64,000 bases of DNA from an uncultured Chloroflexia bacterium (GTDB lineage: Bacteria > Chloroflexota > Chloroflexia > QHBQ01 > JADMIH01), in the NCBI GenBank assembly GCA_963797095.1, contig CAWCNY010000003.1, forward strand, positions 1,024,001 to 1,088,000, read 5' to 3'. Of the stretch, positions 28,603 to 36,830 are shown piece after piece. Within the stretch, counting starts at the first letter, position 1. Each line of letters opens with the position of its first letter. A program made the translations under genes and the position numbers. The notes under the pieces were generated by a model. That model was not told the DNA's origin. It searched no databases and saw only the letters and a program-made list of their open reading frames with translations.

Positions 28603-28854
28603 TCTTCGACCGAACTTCGTTGCTAGTGCGATTCGGTATTCCCCTCACAAAGAATCAATGGCATTATCACGCAAGAACTGGACGATTTTTGGCATGATCT
28701 TTTTTCAGTCCTAAGCCCTATCTTTTTGGTATAAGTAAATCGGCCAAACGACAGAGGCAGTTTTGCCTCCTATTCGGTATAGTTTAGTGTGACTACTCTA
28801 CACCGGCTAAAGCCAGGTAGCTTCTAGGGATTGGATACCCATGCACGATAGTCC

Positions 28855-29928
28855 TCATGCAAGAATGACCATAGCGGCGGCAACATCTCTATGACACTCA
28901 AAGCCACAATCACAATGGTGCCAACGTTCCGAAAGTTCCTTCTTTCGGATGCTGCCGCACTTTGGGCAGGTCTGCGAAGTGTAGGACGGGTCTACCTCTA
29001 CCAACTGCGTACCGGCGCATTCTGCCTTGTACCTCAGTTGTGCGGTGAAGATAGACCACGCTGCATCATTCACAGCCTTGGCAAGCATCCCGCCTGCCAA
29101 CCCCTTGACCGACAACTTCTCTATCGCAATCAGGGAGTAGGTCTGTACCAGCCGAAGAGACAACTTGTGCAAGAAGTTGGCACGTTGGTTACGCACCTTG
29201 CGGTGGCAGCTAACCACACGCTTGCGATACTCCCTACGCCCCCGATGCATCCTAATACTAATAGCTTTAGCAAGTTGCCTCTGCGCTTTGGCAAGCCGTT
29301 TCTGCCCTCGGCGGTAGTAGCGGGGGTTTTCGACCTGCTCTCCGGTAGAAAGGTTGGCAAGGTGCTCCAAGCCAACGTCTATACCGACAGCAGGCCCGGT
29401 ATGAATAGGGACTTGTATCTCAGTTTCGACAGAGAAGCACACGAACCACTTGCTGCCTTCCCGCTTGACTTGTACGGTTTTGACTTTGCCCTGCACAGGC
29501 CAGTGCAACTTCAGCTTGATAGTGCCAATCTTGGAGAGCGTCAATCTATCGTTTTGGAGAGACCAACCCAACTGAGGGTAGGTGAAGCTATCGTACCGGT
29601 CATAGGAGCGGAACCGGGGAAAGCCAGCCTTATCGCCACGCTTCACACGTGCGTAGAAAGCCTTATAGGTCTTGTCTACCCTGTGAAGGACATCCTGCAA
29701 CGTCTGGCTGTACACGTCGGCAAGGTCTGGTCTCCGCTCTTTGCACTCTACAAGCGCAGAGGATTGTTCAGCAAAGCTAACGCTCTTTCCTGCCATGCGA
29801 TAGGCATCCCTACGGTGTTGCAGGGCGGCATTGTACAACTCCCTGCACAAATCAATGTTGTGCTGCAACAGACGTGCTTGCCTGCTGGTAGGACGAAGGA
29901 TGTACTTGTAGGTGCGGCGGACCAGCAT
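28855..29928 (-). CDS. tnpB: RNA-guided endonuclease TnpB
   Basis: RuvC 'VGIDVG', 'IAIEKL', 'HRDVAAA'; zinc finger 'CPKC...CDC'; N-terminal HTH 'CRELYN'. Confidence 0.95.
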   Translation of the reverse strand: MLVRRTYKYILRPTSRQARLLQHNIDLCRELYNAALQHRRDAYRMAGKSVSFAEQSSALVECKERRPDLADVYSQTLQDVLHRVDKTYKAFYARVKRGDKAGFPRFRSYDRYDSFTYPQLGWSLQNDRLTLSKIGTIKLKLHWPVQGKVKTVQVKREGSKWFVCFSVETEIQVPIHTGPAVGIDVGLEHLANLSTGEQVENPRYYRRGQKRLAKAQRQLAKAISIRMHRGRREYRKRVVSCHRKVRNQRANFLHKLSLRLVQTYSLIAIEKLSVKGLAGGMLAKAVNDAAWSIFTAQLRYKAECAGTQLVEVDPSYTSQTCPKCGSIRKKELSERWHHCDCGFECHRDVAAAMVILA

Positions 29929-30318
29929 CTAAATACCCTTCTCCTCCTCTATGTACCTCTGAATGGTGTCAGCCGAGATATTGCCTGCTGTGCTCGAAAA
30001 GTACGACCTTGTCCACAGACTAGGGAGTTTCAGCAGGTGCGGGTACTTCTCTCTAAGGTCGTGCGACGTTCTGCCCTTTATCCTGCCGACTATATCAGCC
30101 GCACTATCCGTAGGTCGTGCCCTTACAAACAAGTGAATGTGGTCCGGCATGATAGCAAGCTCCAATATCTGCCAGTCCTGAGAGGCACATACTTCTTGAA
30201 TGAGAGCCTTGCAGTCCTTCGCAACGTCTTTGACAAGCACCTTTTTGCGCCTTTTAGGACACCAGATAAGGTGGTACACAATCAGGTGGACTCGGTGTTC
30301 GTCTCGTTGGTACTCCAT
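29929..30318 (-). CDS. tnpA: IS200/IS605 Y1 (HUH) transposase
   Basis: 'YHLIWCPKRR', HUH 'DHIH', 'LWTRSYF', 'IQRYIE'. Confidence 0.95.
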   Translation of the reverse strand: MEYQRDEHRVHLIVYHLIWCPKRRKKVLVKDVAKDCKALIQEVCASQDWQILELAIMPDHIHLFVRARPTDSAADIVGRIKGRTSHDLREKYPHLLKLPSLWTRSYFSSTAGNISADTIQRYIEEEKGI

Positions 30319-30324
30319 GCCCTA

Positions 30325-30353
30325 AGTATGCACCAAATCTGTAGATTGTGCAA
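30325..30353 (-). promoter_or_regulatory. tnpA promoter, probably giving a leaderless mRNA
   Basis: TTGCAC-N17-CATACT ending 6 nt before the ATG; the spacer is palindromic. Confidence 0.55.
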
Positions 30354-30472
30354 GTCTATCTACAAATCACACACAAAAGGAGAGACTATGAACGACCTTT
30401 TATCCGCCTCATCACAGCCGCTAAAGCGGCGTGGCTTTCAAGTTTTTCTGTAAAGCTCAAAGTAAATAAACT

Positions 30473-32446
30473 ATGCAGAATAGAGGCAACGGCCATGGCC
30501 ATGGCAGACATGGTCTACCGTCGTGGAACGGACAGGACAAAGCGTTCACTGCGGCCATGAACAACGGCTCTTCGCCCCCACAAGCCGACGGCGAACCCGA
30601 AAACGAACCCGAACCCAAAAACTGGTCCGAGCGCTTTAGCTCGTGGCGCAAGCAATCGCGCGCTACCATGGCAGGGGTGCCGCGTGCCCTCAGCCTGGTG
30701 TGGCAGTCCCACAGGGGCTACACCATCACGATGGGCGTGATCTCCATCTTCTTTGGTATCATCCCCACCGCCACCGCCTGGGTAGGCAAGCTCTTGATTG
30801 ACGCGGTGGTGGCGGCCATCGGCGCGGGTGGCGCGGGCAATACCACCACCGTCGTGATTGAGCTTGTGGCCCTGCAATTCGGCCTGCTGGCCGGTAGCTC
30901 GCTTTTGCAGACCCTCCGCGACATCAACCAGCAAGCCCTTCAAGAGCTGACGGCCCGGCGCGTGCAGCTAATGCTGATGAACCACGCCAACAGCCTCGAC
31001 CTCGCCTTCTTCGAGAACCCCGCCTTCTACGATGCCCTTCAGCAAGCCCAAACCCAGGCCACCTTCCGCCCCAGCACGATGGTGCAGCAATTGTTCGGCC
31101 TGGGCCGCAGCCTGATCACCTTCCTCAGCCTGATCGCCCTCATCGCCAGCCTCGGTTGGGTGGTGGCCGTGGCCGCTCTTCTCTCCCCCATCCCCTCCTT
31201 CATCGCAAGCTCGCGCTATGGGTGGCAGGGCTTCATGATCTCGCGCCGCCAGTCGCCCGACCGTCGCCGCATGATGTACTTCCTCGACCTCCTCACCAAG
31301 GACACCTACAACAAAGAGATCAAGCTGTTCGGCCTCGGCAAGTATTTCACCGACAAGTGGGAAGATATCTCCATCCGCTTCTACAAAGAGAACCGCGCCC
31401 TGGTCAAGCGCCGCTACCTGATGGGCTATGCCTGGGGCAGCCTCTCCACAGTTGTTACCAGCGCCACCTACCTCTATGTAGCCCTCCAGACCATAGCAGG
31501 CAAGCTCACCCTGGGCGACCTCACCTTCTACTCGCAGGCGGTAGGGCAGGTGCAGAGCAGCCTGGGTAGCATCCTGGGCGGCCTCTCCGATATGTACGAG
31601 AACAGCCTCTACCTCTCCAACCTCTATGATTTCCTCGACTACACCCCCCAGATCAGGAACACTCCCGACGCTATCCCGCTCAAGCTGCCGCTCCGCCAGG
31701 GTCTGGAGTTCCGTAACGTCTCGTTCACTTACCCCGGCAAGACCGAGCCCGCCCTGCGCGATGTGAACTTTCTCATCAAGCCCGATGAAGCGGTGGCCCT
31801 TGTGGGGCAGAACGGCGCCGGCAAGACCACTATCGTCAAGCTCCTCACCCGCCTATACGACCCCGACAGCGGCGCGATCTTGATCGACGGCATAGACATC
31901 AAGAACTACACTCTCGAAAGCCTCCATGCCGCCATCGGCGTGATCTTCCAGGACTACGTGACCTACTTCCTCAGCGCCCGCGACAACATCGGCATGGGCC
32001 GCCTCGAAGAGCGCGAGAACCTCCCTATGATTGAGGCTTCTGCGGGCAAAAGCGGGGCCGACACGGTAATAGGCCGCCTCCCCAAAGGTTACGAAACCAC
32101 TCTGGGTCGCTGGTTCGATGAAGGCTACCAGCTATCGGGCGGCGAGTGGCAGAAGATGGCCCTCGCCCGCGCCTTCATGCGTGATGCCGCCATCCTGGTG
32201 CTCGACGAGCCGACCGCCAGCCTCGACGCCCGCGCCGAATATGAGATCTTCGCCCGCATGAAAGAGCTAACCGAAGGCAAGATGGCCCTCTTCATCAGCC
32301 ACCGCTTCAGCACAGTCCGCCTCGCCGACCGCATCTTCGTGCTGGAAGACGGCCGTATCAGCGAAGCGGGCACACACCAGGAGCTTCTGGCCCTCAACGG
32401 CACTTACGCTGACCTCTTCAACTTGCAGGCTGCGGCCTACCGGTGA
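30473..32446 (+). CDS. ABC exporter, fused permease/ATP-binding protein
   Basis: TMD; Walker A 'GQNGAGKT', 'LSGGEWQ', 'LVLDEPT', 'ISHRFS'. Confidence 0.94.
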   Translation: MQNRGNGHGHGRHGLPSWNGQDKAFTAAMNNGSSPPQADGEPENEPEPKNWSERFSSWRKQSRATMAGVPRALSLVWQSHRGYTITMGVISIFFGIIPTATAWVGKLLIDAVVAAIGAGGAGNTTTVVIELVALQFGLLAGSSLLQTLRDINQQALQELTARRVQLMLMNHANSLDLAFFENPAFYDALQQAQTQATFRPSTMVQQLFGLGRSLITFLSLIALIASLGWVVAVAALLSPIPSFIASSRYGWQGFMISRRQSPDRRRMMYFLDLLTKDTYNKEIKLFGLGKYFTDKWEDISIRFYKENRALVKRRYLMGYAWGSLSTVVTSATYLYVALQTIAGKLTLGDLTFYSQAVGQVQSSLGSILGGLSDMYENSLYLSNLYDFLDYTPQIRNTPDAIPLKLPLRQGLEFRNVSFTYPGKTEPALRDVNFLIKPDEAVALVGQNGAGKTTIVKLLTRLYDPDSGAILIDGIDIKNYTLESLHAAIGVIFQDYVTYFLSARDNIGMGRLEERENLPMIEASAGKSGADTVIGRLPKGYETTLGRWFDEGYQLSGGEWQKMALARAFMRDAAILVLDEPTASLDARAEYEIFARMKELTEGKMALFISHRFSTVRLADRIFVLEDGRISEAGTHQELLALNGTYADLFNLQAAAYR

Positions 32447-32487
32447 TCGGTAGTTGCTACTGGGAACCAGGAACCCGATGGTCGATA

Positions 32488-33162
32488 CTATCGCCTCGAC
32501 GGTCGCAGGTTCACGATCCTGTTGGGCAGGGCGAAAAAGATCGCCAGCATGGTGCAAAGCCCCAGCCCAACGAAGCCGTTGAAGAAGGACAGGAACAGAG
32601 CCAGTGCGTAAAACGTGGGGCCGAAATAGTATGAGCGTGTGATGGCCTGCACTTCTGCTGGGTCGGCGCGGCGGTCGATCAGGCGATTGCCCTTCGACAT
32701 GTGCCACCAGAGGAGGTTGTAAGAGATGGCTATCGCGAGGCCTACCGCGCTGTACACCACAGCCGCTACCTGCCGCAAACTATCGTCCCTGGGCAGGTAT
32801 TCCGCCGCCAGCGCCGTCGGAAAAGGTACGACGGTTATGAAAAGCAGTAACAGGCTGTTCAGCAAAAGCAACGTATGAGTTGTACGCCTTACCAACCTGA
32901 ATAGATGGTGATGGTTGATCCACATGATCACGATCGTGGCGAAGCCCAGGAAGTATCCGAAGTACGAGGGCCACAACTGCAATAGCGCCGTGATCAGGTC
33001 CTGGGTGGTCTCGATCTCATGGCTCCCAGGGGCGGGGGTTACTGTGGGCACTCTGATCTCAAGCACCAGCAGAGTGGTCGCTATTGCGAACACCCCATCG
33101 CTGAAGGCCTCGATACGGCCCGTCTCTTTCTCGTCCCTCTCTTCTAAGGTCTGGGTAAACAT
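32488..33162 (-). CDS. TMEM175 family (DUF1211) K+ channel
   Basis: 'RIEAFSDGVFAIATTLLVLEI', 'WINHH', 'PFPT'. Confidence 0.92.
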   Translation of the reverse strand: MFTQTLEERDEKETGRIEAFSDGVFAIATTLLVLEIRVPTVTPAPGSHEIETTQDLITALLQLWPSYFGYFLGFATIVIMWINHHHLFRLVRRTTHTLLLLNSLLLLFITVVPFPTALAAEYLPRDDSLRQVAAVVYSAVGLAIAISYNLLWWHMSKGNRLIDRRADPAEVQAITRSYYFGPTFYALALFLSFFNGFVGLGLCTMLAIFFALPNRIVNLRPSRR

Positions 33163-33239
33163 ATCCCTTCCACCGCCCAATAAGATTTCACGGGGATCGG
33201 TACGATTATATAACATCCAACCGGGGGTAAAGCACAAGG

Positions 33240-33770
33240 ATGGATCACAATGATCACGTAGGATTGCTGAGCGGAGGCGTCCCCACCTCAGGAGGCACCT
33301 GGGCCGACCTCGGCTCAGGCTGGGGCGCTTTCACTCTTGCCCTTGCCGACCTGCTCGGCCCGGACGCTACAATTTACTCAGTCGACAAGGACCGCTCCTC
33401 GCTTCGCCAGCAGGAAGCCGAGATGCGGGGCCGTTTCCCCGCCACATCTGTCCACTATCTCTCAGCCGACTTCACAGACCCGCTCGATCTCCCGCCCCTG
33501 GACGGCATAGTGATGGCAAATGCCCTCCATTACGTTCGCCGCAAGGAGCCTGTGCTCGAAAAGATCAAAAGCTACCTCAAGCCCGGAGGCCGCTTCATCC
33601 TCGTTGAATACAACGCCGACTTCGGCAATCCCTGGGTCCCCCACCCCATCTCCTACCCCAGCTGGGAAAAGCTGGCATCCCGCTCCGGCTTCGCCTCCAC
33701 CCGCCTCCTCTCAACAGTGCCCAGCCGCTTCCTCCGCGAGATCTACTCGGCGTTCAGCATTGTTCCTTGA
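33240..33770 (+). CDS. Class I SAM-dependent methyltransferase
   Basis: 'WADLGSGWG', 'ANALHY', 'LKPGG'. Confidence 0.88.
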   Translation: MDHNDHVGLLSGGVPTSGGTWADLGSGWGAFTLALADLLGPDATIYSVDKDRSSLRQQEAEMRGRFPATSVHYLSADFTDPLDLPPLDGIVMANALHYVRRKEPVLEKIKSYLKPGGRFILVEYNADFGNPWVPHPISYPSWEKLASRSGFASTRLLSTVPSRFLREIYSAFSIVP

Positions 33771-33779
33771 TCGGTATGG

Positions 33780-34415
33780 TCATTTGCCCGTCGTGCTACC
33801 CCTGCCGCCCTGCTTGGTGTTGGCTATTAGCTCATACTCGCTCAGGATCGCCTGGGCGCGCTTCGTTTCGTCTATCATTTGCAGCTTCTCGAAGGTCGCG
33901 AGAGCCTTCCTTATCAGTTCAAGTCCCCTGGCCCGCTCTCCCTCTTTGAAGATAGCCTGCCCAAGCATGATCTCGGTGGCGGCGTTGTTAGCCGGGTCAT
34001 CGACATTACGCTTGGCCTCCATGCTCTGCTCGAAGCCCTCGCGTGCCTCAGCCACATTCCCCTCCTGCCAGTGTAGCACCGACAGCCCGTGCTCGATGAA
34101 CGCCAGCAACTTCGTATCGCCCAGTTTGGCCGCCAGGTCGCGGCTCTCCTCGAAATACCGGCGGGCGGCTTGCAGGTCGCCCACCTTCCATTGAAAGTTC
34201 GCCATCTCGTGCAGGGCGCTTGCCAGGCTGCTCTCGTCGCCCGCCTCGCGCAGGGTGGCGATGCTCTCCTCATATCGCTGGCGGGCCAGGTCCATCTGGC
34301 CCCACTCCATATTGATATAGGCGAGGTTGCACAACGTCTGCCCAACGCCAATGGGGTCATTCTTGGCTCGCCAACCCGCGAGTTCTTGTTCTAATCTTCT
34401 GTATTTATCTTCCAT
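33780..34415 (-). CDS. Tetratricopeptide repeat protein
   Basis: Repeated 'ARxxxEES' TPR-like helices. Confidence 0.8.
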   Translation of the reverse strand: MEDKYRRLEQELAGWRAKNDPIGVGQTLCNLAYINMEWGQMDLARQRYEESIATLREAGDESSLASALHEMANFQWKVGDLQAARRYFEESRDLAAKLGDTKLLAFIEHGLSVLHWQEGNVAEAREGFEQSMEAKRNVDDPANNAATEIMLGQAIFKEGERARGLELIRKALATFEKLQMIDETKRAQAILSEYELIANTKQGGRGSTTGK

Positions 34416-34428
34416 TATCTACTCCAGT

Positions 34429-36583
34429 CTATCGTCGTAAAGTTCCGCATGCAGGCAGCATCAAATTAGCAACGATCTTGGCGGTTTGGCCCCTGGTGAC
34501 CTGATTGCCCGGTCTGAAGTAGGGGCGGTTGCCTGGCCCTACGCACGGTTCGGGGTTGCCGCACGGGTAGCCGCCAATCGCCCACTTATCCGCGAGCCAT
34601 TCGATCGCTTCGTAGAAAGTGGAGCCGGGCGGCACATCCTCGAATGTTTGCCCGCTCACAGGCCCAACGACTCCCGCCGCGTTTGCCACGATCTTGGAGA
34701 GCTGTCCGCGCGTCGCGGTTGCCTGCGGGCGGAAGTAGGGCCGGTCGTCAGGTCCGACGCAAGGCTCACCTGGACCGCCGCATGGGTAGCCCGACATTAT
34801 TCCCCTCGCGAAAAAGTCGTTCGACATACTCGTAGAAGGTGGAGCCGGACGGCACATCCTCGAATGTTTGCCCGCTCACAGCATCGTTGAAGCCTGCCGC
34901 TTCAGACACGATCTTGGCCGCCTGCCCCCTGGTGATGCTGCTGTTGGGCCGAAAATAAGGGTCGCTGTCGCCGTCGCAAGGCTCTCTCGTACCGCCGCAC
35001 GGATAGCCGTTGATAATGCCTGCGCAGGCCAGGCACATTACGGGCGTGTAAAAGGTGCTATCCGGCGGCACATCCTGGAAGCGCACAGTGCAGACTGTGG
35101 GCGTGGCGGTCCCCGTGGCCCCCAGGGTGGGTTCCAACGTAGGGGTAGCCGGTGGTACAGGAGAGGTGCTCGTCGGCGTTTCGGTGGCGGTGGCGGTAGC
35201 GACCGGAGAGGTGGGGGTGGCTGAGGGGACAAGCGGAGTGTCCGTAGGCAGTGCAGTATCTGTGGCGACCGGAGATGGAGATGAGGTCGGGACCTGTGTG
35301 GACGTACTTGATGGCTCGATGGTTATGGTGGCGGTTGGCGTGCGAGTAGAGGTGGCGGTGGCCATAGAAGTAGACGTAGGCATAGCGGTGGAGGTGAATA
35401 AAGGAGTGGACGTAGCCACAGGTGATGGGGTGGGTGTGAACGTTCCACTCACGGGGATCATATCGGAGCAGTAGTAGCCCTGGCCGAAGCCTCCCGCTAT
35501 GTCCTCGCCCCCGTTGTACGCAATCGCGCCGTCAGCACGCTCGAAGATGAGGCTGTTGGCATATATGCCGGTGCCGCCCGCCTGGAAGAAATAGCCGTGG
35601 AACGCTACTCCCGGCAGGTCGCCGAGCCAGGGTCCGTACATGGTATCGGTGAGGCTGCTTGTCACCCTCAGGTTGCCCGCGATCCAGCCGGACGAGAAAG
35701 TGAACGAGCTCCCGACCATCATCGAATGGCTGTCGAGCGTGAACGTGCCGGTGAAGCCTCCGCTTGTTTGGCCTGTGAAGGTCGAGATAGGGTCGAAGTA
35801 CCCATCCGAGGAGCCTGCCGGCATATCGTGAACGACGAAGCGTGCCAGTATATCGCTCGGTTGCAGGGTGACCGTGTGCGTCACCGGCAGAGTGCGCGAG
35901 CCTGAGAAGATGCCGCCATTACTCGGGTCGTTGAAGCCGGTAAAGAGCTTGCCGTCTACGGTGATGAAGACCGGCACCGTACCCCCCGTTGGAGGCGACA
36001 TCACTCCCGTAAATGTGCCCCCGAGCCTGTATTGCGAGTAGCCTCCCGACGTAGATATCGAATGCACATAACCGTCGAGGAAGCGGGGGTAGAAAGGCTG
36101 GCTCGATTCCGCTGAGTGGAAGTTGGCCGTGAAGAGCAAGTTCATCGAGCCGACCGTATCGGTCACTATCAGATTATTTATCAGGAATCCGCGCGCTTCC
36201 TGCCCGATGGTCGATCCGGTGATGGCTATACCGTTGAGGTTATTCAATGAGAAAGTGCCCGATATGTCGCCCGCTACGCTCCCCGCGAACCTATCGTACA
36301 GAAGGAGGTTGCCGGTTGACGACCCTGTAGTGGTAAGTGGGGCTGTGGGTGCGAATTGCTCGTAGCTCTCGCCCGATTGGGGCGTGAACGGGCGCATATT
36401 GTCTTGTGTTACATTCGCGGTGAGGCTGAATTCGAGCGGTATATACGTGCAGGTGGTTGTTTGTGGCAAACCTGGGGTTGAGGATGGGTGCGCCCGCACG
36501 TCTCCTTGCTGAAAGAGAGCAAACGTAACAGCGCCTGTTACAAGGGCGAATAGGGCAACCAACAGGTTTGTCACACGCTTCAC
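34429..36583 (-). CDS. Secreted S-layer homology domain protein (frameshift at 34811-34815)
   Basis: RBS GGAGG+GTG, signal peptide, beta-rich N-domain, Pro/Thr linker, repeats 'FxDVPPxSTFY...GYPCG...EPC...PYFRP...TRGQxxKIV'; one extra base in an A5 run splits the ORF. Confidence 0.85.
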
Positions 36584-36659
36584 ACCGGCCTCCAATAACG
36601 AATAAGCAGGCGGGAGGAGCATGCAAAGTATTATACAAGCCCTGGCATCGCGATGGGCA

Positions 36660-36742
36660 AACAAAAAACCCGTACAATCCGTGAAGGACCATCCGGGTTT
36701 TTGTGCCTTCACTCTAGCAGGCGAACCTGCTTTTGCGAAGTG
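36660..36742 (-). ncRNA. Candidate structured leader/attenuator or sRNA
   Basis: UUCG-capped hairpin plus intrinsic terminator downstream of a consensus promoter. Confidence 0.55.
36661..36704 (-). terminator. Intrinsic terminator
   Basis: AAAAACCCG...CGGGTTTTTT stem with U-tract. Confidence 0.75.
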
Positions 36743-36747
36743 CTGTG

Positions 36748-36776
36748 AGTATAGAGGCTGTGGGCGACCCTGTCAA
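36748..36776 (-). promoter_or_regulatory. sigma70 promoter
   Basis: TTGACA (36776-36771), 17 nt, TATACT (36753-36748). Confidence 0.78.
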
Positions 36777-36830
36777 TAGGATGGCCGGGGAAGTTTTCCA
36801 CATTTGCCATTTTCATGGAAGGGGGAAGGG

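Larger units (their letters stand above)
28789..30449 (-). mobile_element. IS200/IS605 family element, complete
   Basis: tnpA+tnpB; left end TTAC|...AAAG+hairpin GCCGCTTTAGCGGC; right end GAAG+hairpin GGCTTTAGCC ...TCAC. Confidence 0.92.

Noticed and set aside
28891-30453. 520-aa plus-strand ORF
   Set aside because: Antisense shadow of tnpA/tnpB with no recognisable motifs
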